A stretch of DNA of 36,804 bases from Eubacteriales bacterium (GTDB lineage: Bacteria > Bacillota > Clostridia > Oscillospirales > CAG-272): positions 1 through 36,804 of the forward strand of contig JAZQUX010000116.1 in assembly GCA_045631585.1 (NCBI GenBank), written 5' to 3'. Below the pieces are notes generated by a model. It was given only the letters and a program-made list of their open reading frames with translations, was not told the origin of the DNA and searched no databases. Positions within the stretch are counted from its first letter, which is position 1. Every line of letters begins with the position of its first letter. The position numbers were made by a program, and so were the translations under genes. Shown here one piece after another: positions 1 through 6,204 of this stretch.

Positions 1-84
1 ATTTTGGTGGTAAAAGCAGGAGGGGAGAGGAACGTGTCCGCGGCTCATTTTTTTCGCCTCTTTACAAATTTATTCGCAAAACGG

Positions 85-140
85 TTGCTTTTTGCCGTTT
101 AGCGTGATATAATAATATCACCAACAAGACCAAATGTCAA
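85..140. promoter_or_regulatory. Integrase promoter overlapped by an opposing promoter and a palindrome (left copy)
   Basis: Plus strand: TTGCTT(85-90)-17bp-TATAAT(108-113) with TG extension. Minus strand: TTGACA(140-135)-17bp-TATTAT(117-112). Palindrome GTGATAT-aata-ATATCAC at 104-121. Confidence 0.7.
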
Positions 141-168
141 TAGGTTAATAAAATATTTTTTAGGTGAA

Positions 169-256
169 AAAAAATGAACGCAGTAATATATGCGCGGTTC
201 TCGTCCTACAACCAAACAGAACGGTCAATAGAAGGCCAGCTTGAAGATTGTATGTC
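169..256 (+). repeat. 88-bp exact direct repeat with the window end (36717-36804)
   Basis: AAAAAATGAACGCAG...GATTGTATGTC is identical at both ends; the preceding ~150 bp are homologous but diverged. Confidence 0.95.
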
Positions 257-1748
257 CTACGCCGAGCGCAACGGATACAATGTCATAAAGTCCTACATCG
301 ACCGCGCCAAGAGCGGCACCGATGCGGAGAAACGCACGGGTTTTCAAAAAATGATCTCCGACAGCGCATCGGGGCAGTTCGACACGGTACTTGTATGGAA
401 GCTCGACCGATTCGCGCGAAACCGATACGACAGCGCAAACTACAAATACAAATTAAAAAAGAACGGTGTCAGGCTGGTATCTGTCAACGAGCCTGTTTCA
501 GACGATCCGACCGGCATCATGCTCGAATCCATCCTTGAAGGCGCGGCAGAGTATTATTCCGCGAACCTGTCCCAAAACGTCAAGCGCGGTATCCGCATAT
601 CGCTGGAACACGGCAACTATATCGGCGGTATCACGCCATTCGGGTATCGGATCGATAACAAAAAAGTTATCGTCAACGATGCCGAAGCTGACGCCGTGCG
701 CTATATCTTTGAGCAGTACAACACCGGAGCATCGTGCAAGCAGATTGCCGCCGACCTCAACGCCAAAGGCTTGAAACCGCGCATGTCTGACCGATTCAAG
801 GAAACATCGTTTACGGTCATCCTCAAAAATCGCAAGTACATCGGTGAGTATAGCGCGGATGGCGTGGACTATCCCGACATCTATCCTCAGATCGTAGATA
901 CAGCCCTGTTTGAAGCCGTCCAGCGTAAGATCAACGCCAACAAACGTGCACCCGGAGCAGGGAAGGCAAAGGTCGATTACCTGCTGCAAGGCAAGGCATA
1001 CTGCGGACACTGCGGCGCGCCGCTGGTCGGCGAGAGCGGCAAGAGCAAGACAGGCGCGATACATAATTACTACGCTTGCGCCGTCAAAAAGAAGCACCAC
1101 AAGTGCAAAAAGAAAAACGAGCGCAAACAGCCGCTGGAGTATTACATCGTCGAGCGTACCGTCAATTACATCCTGACACCGGAGCGCATCGATTTCGTTG
1201 CTGACGCGCTGGTCAAGAAGTATGAGTCCGATTTTAACGCATCTGGCGCGGCGAACCTTGAAAAGACCATCAACCGCCTTGATCGTGAGATATCGGACGC
1301 CGTCGATAATCTGCTTGCCTTTACCGGCAACAAGCCCGTGCAGGACAAAATCGCCGAAAAGATAGAAATCCTGTCCGCCCAAAAACAGGACGCGGAATCA
1401 GACCTTGCAACAATGCGGATCGCCATGAAACACGCGCTGAAGAAAGAAGACTATGTGAAATGGCTGTCATCATTCCGTGGCGGCGATCCGCTCGACGAAA
1501 AATATCAAAAGCGAATAATCGATACCTTTATCAATGCGGTTTATGTCTTTGACGACAAATTGGTGACCTACTACAATGTCAAGGATGATGAGCAGGTCGG
1601 GTATGAAGAAATGCTTGACGATCTGACCGAGGAGGAAAAAAGTTCGGATTTGATTGATTCTGCCCCGCCAAACCTCGTAAAAATCGAACGCCTGATAATC
1701 AAAACGGTAAGGATTTTTGGAGCCATATTCAAAAAGAGCGATGGTTAA
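174..1748 (+). CDS. int: Large serine recombinase (integrase)
   Basis: YARFSS catalytic Ser motif, VWKLDRFARN, recombinase domain (PFGY...), zinc ribbon CGHCG...YYAC...C and a coiled coil. Confidence 0.97.
   Translation: MNAVIYARFSSYNQTERSIEGQLEDCMSYAERNGYNVIKSYIDRAKSGTDAEKRTGFQKMISDSASGQFDTVLVWKLDRFARNRYDSANYKYKLKKNGVRLVSVNEPVSDDPTGIMLESILEGAAEYYSANLSQNVKRGIRISLEHGNYIGGITPFGYRIDNKKVIVNDAEADAVRYIFEQYNTGASCKQIAADLNAKGLKPRMSDRFKETSFTVILKNRKYIGEYSADGVDYPDIYPQIVDTALFEAVQRKINANKRAPGAGKAKVDYLLQGKAYCGHCGAPLVGESGKSKTGAIHNYYACAVKKKHHKCKKKNERKQPLEYYIVERTVNYILTPERIDFVADALVKKYESDFNASGAANLEKTINRLDREISDAVDNLLAFTGNKPVQDKIAEKIEILSAQKQDAESDLATMRIAMKHALKKEDYVKWLSSFRGGDPLDEKYQKRIIDTFINAVYVFDDKLVTYYNVKDDEQVGYEEMLDDLTEEEKSSDLIDSAPPNLVKIERLIIKTVRIFGAIFKKSDG
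1642..1689 (+). other. Candidate attP within the 3' end of the integrase
   Basis: Imperfect inverted repeat GTTCGGATTT(1642-1651)...AAAATCGAAC(1680-1689) centred on CC(1665-1666) in CCCCGCCA. Confidence 0.6.
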
Positions 1749-1764
1749 AACCACCGCTCTTTTT
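1731..1764. terminator. Bidirectional intrinsic terminator between convergent genes
   Basis: AAAAAGAGCGATGGT-taaa-ACCACCGCTCTTTTT. Confidence 0.85.
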
Positions 1765-1766
1765 CT

Positions 1767-2057
1767 TTATTTTTCATCGATTCTGCGGAACTTTTCCATC
1801 AGCTTTTCGCGCCGCTTGGTAAATGACCGACACATGACATCTGACAGACCGCCTTCACCGAATTTCTTTTTAGCGGCATCGCACCAGCGTGCAAGCTCGT
1901 TCATGCGCGTCTGTGCATCCTGCTTGTGCATCTGCATGGTTTCCATGTCGTTTTCGTCGCGCGCGTCAATAGCGTAGTCAATATGCGATTCAGCGTCCTT
2001 GAACTCATCCTCGATGGTGTCCAGCATTTCCTCGATGACTTTGCTGTTGTGCATCAT
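1767..2057 (-). CDS. Hypothetical helical protein (accessory module gene 3)
   Basis: 96 aa ORF with an RBS (AGGAGG) at the end of the upstream gene; acidic and helical. Confidence 0.85.
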   Translation of the reverse strand: MMHNSKVIEEMLDTIEDEFKDAESHIDYAIDARDENDMETMQMHKQDAQTRMNELARWCDAAKKKFGEGGLSDVMCRSFTKRREKLMEKFRRIDEK

Positions 2058-2060
2058 ATC

Positions 2061-2402
2061 TTACACCTCCTTGATGTACTGATACAGACGGTTGATGTCA
2101 TTTTCTCCGAGCGAGATCACACCGAGCGGCGACATGTCGATCTTGATGCTGCCTACGCGCCGAGCCTGCGCCGCAAACTCATCTCGCAGAGCATCAATGT
2201 CGATGCCGTCGTTGGGATCGATCACGCCGAGCATGGCCACGATCGGATTTTGTGCGAGATTTGCAATCAGCTTGTCAGACTTGGACAGCGCCATACCGAC
2301 CGCCGCGCCAAACACGACACCTTGCCATCCGGGGATCTTTGGCAAAAGCTCGTTCTCCACATATGCGCGGATCCCTCTCTGCACCTGTGCTGCGGATACC
2401 AT
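2061..2402 (-). CDS. Hypothetical protein with a hydrophobic segment (accessory module gene 2)
   Basis: 113 aa ORF, strong AGGAGG RBS, hydrophobic stretch GVVFGAAVGMAL. Confidence 0.85.
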   Translation of the reverse strand: MVSAAQVQRGIRAYVENELLPKIPGWQGVVFGAAVGMALSKSDKLIANLAQNPIVAMLGVIDPNDGIDIDALRDEFAAQARRVGSIKIDMSPLGVISLGENDINRLYQYIKEV

Positions 2403-2427
2403 GACATCAACCTCCTGTAATCAAATA

Positions 2428-3072
2428 TCAGCCGTTGCAACCACAGCCACAGCCGCAGTTGGTAACGGGATTGTAAAGCGTCTGCGCGGTCGTGGTCGTT
2501 CCGACGGTTACATCAGCGACCATCTTGGGATAAAACGTCGCATTTGCATATGTGACGATCGCATTGTCGCCACAGCAACGCGCCGCACGCTCTGCCGCGA
2601 TCTTACCCTCAAGATCACCCTTGACGCACATCAGATCATCGTGGACGCGCTCAAAGCTGTCAGCCGTACGCTGGTTGATAACCGCCTGCTCACCAAATCT
2701 GCGCTCAAATTCCATGAATCTTCCATCCATGTATTTCTGCTGTTCAAGATCCTTCTGATCTCCAAAAATGTTTGCTTTCAGCAACGCGATTTCTGCGTCT
2801 TTAGCCGCATTTTCTTTTTCCAGCGCAAATTCAGAGCGAGAGATCGGGGGTTCGACGAAACACGTCCCATGGTTGTTCAACAGCGCCGCCAGTGCAAGTG
2901 CTTCCATACCGGTACCGCCGGTGTTTCCGCCGTTTCCAAGGATACCTCCGAGCAGCCCCTGCAGACCGCCACCGTTGCCGGAAAGCGCACGCAGAAGTTC
3001 GATGCCTACCGCCGTGGAACCAAGCGCAATACCTGCATTTCCCTTTGCGTTTGCAGTTTCAATTGTTGCCAT
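2428..3072 (-). CDS. Gly-rich, coiled-coil protein with a C-terminal CGCGCGC tail (accessory module gene 1)
   Basis: 214 aa; GAGGTG RBS; N-terminal glycine-zipper-like segment; ends NCGCGCGCNG. Confidence 0.88.
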   Translation of the reverse strand: MATIETANAKGNAGIALGSTAVGIELLRALSGNGGGLQGLLGGILGNGGNTGGTGMEALALAALLNNHGTCFVEPPISRSEFALEKENAAKDAEIALLKANIFGDQKDLEQQKYMDGRFMEFERRFGEQAVINQRTADSFERVHDDLMCVKGDLEGKIAAERAARCCGDNAIVTYANATFYPKMVADVTVGTTTTAQTLYNPVTNCGCGCGCNG

Positions 3073-3131
3073 TAAATTTTCACCTCATTTTTGATAAAAT
3101 CAGTCGGTGTGCACCCCGATCTGTTGATATC

Positions 3132-3192
3132 ATTGTATCATAATAAGGCTATTTTTTACATCCACAGAAGCGGTCATTTTTTGGTCATTTTT
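3132..3192 (-). promoter_or_regulatory. Promoter of the Gly/Cys module with upstream tandem direct repeats
   Basis: Minus strand TGTAAA(3160-3155)-17bp-TACAAT(3137-3132) with TG extension; GGTCATTTTT x2 at 3172-3181 and 3183-3192 (11-bp period). Confidence 0.6.
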
Positions 3193-3235
3193 GAGCAAAA
3201 AACATAGAATTTCAAAAGAAATTTCGCAAAACCCC

Positions 3236-3264
3236 TTGACATACCACAATGATTGTGGTATAAT
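3236..3264 (+). promoter_or_regulatory. Consensus sigmaA promoter P1 with a perfect palindromic operator
   Basis: TTGACA(3236-3241)-17bp-TATAAT(3259-3264) with TG extension; ATACCACAAT-G-ATTGTGGTAT at 3241-3261. Confidence 0.9.
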
Positions 3265-3307
3265 ATATACAACAAAGGAAAACAACAAAAACAAAGGAGA
3301 TCACATC

Positions 3308-3622
3308 ATGACAAAGCAGGACGCAATTAGAGAGATCATCACCCGCGGCAACCATGCCTTCGAAGATAGTGACCTTGTGCCCGAGGTCGGCGAGATTTAC
3401 ATGCTCGAAGAGACTGCCAACACCCCCGTCAGAGTGGTCACGAGTGTTAAGGGTCACATCACTAAAAGCACATACGATTTCTTCCTCAAAGCAACCACCG
3501 GCACCGTCTATCTGTTTAAGGTCACGAAAGCAAATCAGCACAAGTACATGGACTGGGACTACAACACCGTCCGCATCCACACGCACTCCATTGACGGCGA
3601 GCTCCGCTGCATGGCTGACTAA
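3308..3622 (+). CDS. Small orphan protein, 104 aa (candidate anti-defence protein)
   Basis: AAGGAG RBS before ATG 3308; first gene after P1; function inferred from context only. Confidence 0.8.
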   Translation: MTKQDAIREIITRGNHAFEDSDLVPEVGEIYMLEETANTPVRVVTSVKGHITKSTYDFFLKATTGTVYLFKVTKANQHKYMDWDYNTVRIHTHSIDGELRCMAD

Positions 3623-3666
3623 CACATCGAGCGCGGCGGTTAACCGCGCAGAAAGGAATAAAAATC

Positions 3667-3951
3667 ATGAAATTTGGTCTTTTTACTCTGCAAAGCACCG
3701 ATCACCTTGTCCGCTGCATCGACGGCAAGCTGTCCCTGATCGACACCCCGGCATATGTCGAAGGCTCCGCAAAGAGATTCGATTCGTACGTTGACGCCCC
3801 CGAAATCCCGGCAAAGGAATCCGAGCTTGAAATCAAGCTGCGGAACCAAGGTACGCTGCTGACATCCAGCCGCTCCGTTGCCGCAGTCCTCTACGGTGTA
3901 CCGGACGACGTTGAGCTGTACACCGCCGAGGACGGAATGTGCAAGCTGTAA
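3667..3951 (+). CDS. Small acidic orphan protein, 94 aa (candidate anti-defence protein)
   Basis: AAAGGA RBS; second gene of the cassette; function inferred from context only. Confidence 0.8.
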   Translation: MKFGLFTLQSTDHLVRCIDGKLSLIDTPAYVEGSAKRFDSYVDAPEIPAKESELEIKLRNQGTLLTSSRSVAAVLYGVPDDVELYTAEDGMCKL

Positions 3952-3956
3952 ACCCA

Positions 3957-3985
3957 TTGACAATTTAATAAAACTGTGCTATAAT
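3957..3985 (+). promoter_or_regulatory. Consensus sigmaA promoter P2 for the small RNA
   Basis: TTGACA(3957-3962)-17bp-TATAAT(3980-3985) with TG at 3977-3978; expected +1 near 3992. Confidence 0.9.
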
Positions 3986-3991
3986 AACACT

Positions 3992-4020
3992 GTCAGCCGG
4001 AAACGGCTGTGGATTGAAAT
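3992..4020 (+). CRISPR. Solitary type I-C-like CRISPR repeat (not an array)
   Basis: GTCAGCCGGAAACGGCTGTGGATTGAAAT: starts GTC, forms hairpin CAGCCG-GAAA-CGGCTG and ends with the 11-nt I-C handle TGGATTGAAAT. Confidence 0.8.
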
Positions 4021-4055
4021 TATTATTTGAACATATACGGAGACGTATGGCAGAT

Positions 4056-4087
4056 AGCACAGTGATCTATGATTGCTGTGCTTTTTG
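4056..4087 (+). terminator. Intrinsic terminator of the small RNA (probably conditional)
   Basis: AGCACAGTGATC-tat-GATTGCTGTGCT (12 bp with 2 G.U pairs) followed by a T run. Confidence 0.8.
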
Positions 4088-4110
4088 CTTTTGATTGGAG
4101 GTAAAAAATC

Positions 4111-4593
4111 ATGAGAATCATCAAAATATACACCGTGAACGTTTGGAGCGCGAATCATTATCGAGACACCAACTACGAAAATTTCTACAGCCGCGCCGAC
4201 GCTTACCGATATCTGTGCGACTTCGCGCAGGGCTGGAAAGAGTATTCCGATCATGGCTACGACAGCCCTGAAATCATGGATGTCGGCTGGATTTATTGCA
4301 GCCTCGTACCGATCAATGATGGCGTGACACTCCCGGAAGATCCGTCAGAGCTGTTTTCCGATGACAACTTTAATTTGGACGACGGCAGCTTTGTATACCT
4401 TGATCTGCCACCGTACACCGACTTCTGCGTCGAGCATGAGATGCCATACGGCGGAGACAGTTGGACGCTGTATGCAGACGGTCACATCGAGCAGATGTAC
4501 CACGACGGCAGACAATCCAAAACCATGGAAAAATACATCAACGACTGGAAATCGCGTGGATGGGACGGTAAAGTCGAGGAGGTGATCCTGTGA
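4111..4593 (+). CDS. Highly acidic, aromatic-rich orphan protein, 160 aa (candidate Acr or DNA mimic)
   Basis: GGAGGT RBS; by hand count about 30 D+E versus 12 K+R; lies directly upstream of an HTH gene. Confidence 0.85.
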   Translation: MRIIKIYTVNVWSANHYRDTNYENFYSRADAYRYLCDFAQGWKEYSDHGYDSPEIMDVGWIYCSLVPINDGVTLPEDPSELFSDDNFNLDDGSFVYLDLPPYTDFCVEHEMPYGGDSWTLYADGHIEQMYHDGRQSKTMEKYINDWKSRGWDGKVEEVIL

Positions 4594-4784
4594 CCACCAT
4601 GACTTTCCGCGAGCTTCTCTCCGCCTCCGGCATGACCATCCGCCAGTTTGCCGCCTATTTCGACATCCCCGTCCGCACCGTCGAAAGTTGGAGCAGCCAA
4701 AATCCAAACGTCAAAGGCAAGTGCGCACCGTACCTCATTGATCTGCTGCACTTCAAGCTCGTCCATGACGGAATTTTGAAATAA
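4590..4784 (+). CDS. Small XRE-type HTH regulator (Aca-like)
   Basis: FRELLSASGMTIRQFAAYFDIPVRTVESW HTH pattern; GTGA overlap with the upstream gene (alternative ATG at 4599). Confidence 0.85.
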   Translation: MTTMTFRELLSASGMTIRQFAAYFDIPVRTVESWSSQNPNVKGKCAPYLIDLLHFKLVHDGILK

Positions 4785-4818
4785 AAAAACGCACGGCATC
4801 AAAACCGTGCGTCTTTTT
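4783..4818. terminator. Bidirectional intrinsic terminator
   Basis: A run, ACGCACGG-catcaaaa-CCGTGCGT, then a T run; lies between convergent genes. Confidence 0.85.
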
Positions 4819-4850
4819 ATGCATTTTTTAACTTGCCGGCAACTTGCAGA

Positions 4851-5129
4851 CTATGTGTAGTCCACCATATCCGCAAGCAGCTTGGGATCGAGCTTTGCCC
4901 ACGCATATTGCAGTCTGCGCAATCCCTCTCCCCTGTGCCTCGACACAAACTTCGGCGACCGCTCAAGCTCCTCTGCAAGCTCCTCATTGGTTTTGCCGTC
5001 GACGATGCACCCGATCACACAGCGCATCTCATCGCGCGACAGAGATACATAAGACAGCGCAAGCACTCTCAGCGGTGCATACGGTGTCCTCAAAGCCCGA
5101 ACAACGATTTCCTTATCAAGGGGGATCAT
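4851..5129 (-). CDS. Sigma-70 region-4/LuxR-like HTH protein
   Basis: LSRDEMRCVIGCIVDGKTNEELAEELERSPKFVSRHRGEGLRRL; RBS GAAAGGA before ATG 5129. Confidence 0.75.
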   Translation of the reverse strand: MIPLDKEIVVRALRTPYAPLRVLALSYVSLSRDEMRCVIGCIVDGKTNEELAEELERSPKFVSRHRGEGLRRLQYAWAKLDPKLLADMVDYT

Positions 5130-5283
5130 GTTTCCGTTCCTTTCTTTTCGCCGTGATCGCAAGGATCGCTGCCGCCGATAAAATAGCAATCGCGGCAGAC
5201 TGGATGCGCACGGCACCTCGCAGTCGTTTGATATCACGTGCGGCAATGATCACCGCGCGTGCGTATTTGTCATCGTTCGTCAT
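5116..5283 (-). CDS. Small membrane protein, 55 aa (not in the ORF track)
   Basis: GGAGG RBS; MTNDDKYARAVIIAARDIKRLRGAVRIQSAAIAILSAAAILAITAKRKERKHDPP. Confidence 0.6.
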   Translation of the reverse strand: MTNDDKYARAVIIAARDIKRLRGAVRIQSAAIAILSAAAILAITAKRKERKHDPP

Positions 5284-5340
5284 GGCTTCAACCTCCGTGT
5301 TACCGATTCCTGCGCTCGTTTGCGTGACGTTTCACATCCA

Positions 5341-6204
5341 TCATCCTTCTTTCAGCGCGGCAATGAGCCGCTTTCCGATCTCATCTGCCGCATCATCGAC
5401 CGCTTTGTCATAGATGCGCTTCGCAAAAACACACATCTGCTCGACCGTCACCGTGCCATGCAGACCGAGATCCCCGTTGCTGTCGCCGACGATGATCTTG
5501 TTGTCCTTCGCCCACTTGACAGCCTCTTTCGCCCACTCAGACGGCGTGTTGTCCCGTTTCGCAGTCTCAACCGTTTCGGATTTCGGCGGTTCTTCGACCT
5601 TAATGTCGCAAATCATGTAGTTTGCGTCGGGCTTTCCTGTGATACCGTCAACCGCTTCCGTACCCCACTGCCATACGCGCAGATTCGGGTATTTGTCGGC
5701 GGTCGGTACATTTGCTTTGTTGCGCCACAGAGCCAGCCACAAGTCCCAATGCGATATATTGCCGAGCTTGTTTGTCAGCCAGTCGAGATTGGTGTATACC
5801 ATCGGTTTGTATCCCTCTGCATCAACGCGCGAGCAGAAGGTGTTGACGATCTGCGCCATGAGCGTTTTGTCCTTTGGCGATCTGCTGTCCTCGACATCAA
5901 CCGCCGCCCACAGATCAATGATGGAGCGATACGGCGCGATGACGGACAGGAAGTATTCCGCTTCCTGCATCGCTTCGCTCACGTTCCACGCTGTCAGATA
6001 GTGGTACACGCCGATGCGGATGCCCCAGCGATTCGCGTTTACAATGTTCTGCGCAAATTTGCTGTCCTCAAAGTTCCGCAGGGAGGCGTTTGATACAGAC
6101 CGCCCCTGTGTTGCCTTGATAAAAGCAAAGTCGATACCGTCCGCCTTGACCTGTGCCCAGTTGATATCACCCTGATAGGTCGATACGTCAATACCGCGCT
6201 TCAT
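5341..6204 (-). CDS. Endolysin, GH25 muramidase with a C-terminal SLH-like domain
   Basis: GIDVSTYQG, FAFIKATQG, GVYHY, AVDVE, VWQW motifs; C-terminal WAKEAVKWA...IIVGD...VTVEQM. Confidence 0.93.
   Translation of the reverse strand: MKRGIDVSTYQGDINWAQVKADGIDFAFIKATQGRSVSNASLRNFEDSKFAQNIVNANRWGIRIGVYHYLTAWNVSEAMQEAEYFLSVIAPYRSIIDLWAAVDVEDSRSPKDKTLMAQIVNTFCSRVDAEGYKPMVYTNLDWLTNKLGNISHWDLWLALWRNKANVPTADKYPNLRVWQWGTEAVDGITGKPDANYMICDIKVEEPPKSETVETAKRDNTPSEWAKEAVKWAKDNKIIVGDSNGDLGLHGTVTVEQMCVFAKRIYDKAVDDAADEIGKRLIAALKEG

Larger units (their letters stand above)
3992..4087 (+). ncRNA. crRNA-mimic small RNA (candidate Racr or regulatory guide)
   Basis: Own promoter, I-C-like repeat, 33-35 nt pseudo-spacer with a GNRA hairpin, and a terminator. 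Confidence 0.75.

Noticed and set aside
1642-1670. tRNA gene fragment (GTTCG...CCGCCA)
   Set aside because: There is no cloverleaf, the spacing is 5 nt too long, and it lies in the integrase frame. It is better explained as attP.
3191-3307. N-terminal extension of the 3191-3622 ORF
   Set aside because: It runs through the promoter and operator; the real start is ATG 3308 with an AAGGAG RBS.
3992-4087. A conventional CRISPR array
   Set aside because: Only one repeat is visible, with no second full repeat and no cas genes. It is reported as a solitary repeat RNA instead.
4111-4784. Type II toxin-antitoxin pair
   Set aside because: The upstream protein is very acidic and lacks RelE, HicA, PIN or Fic motifs. 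An acr-aca-like reading fits the operator and the repeat RNA better, though TA is not strictly excluded.
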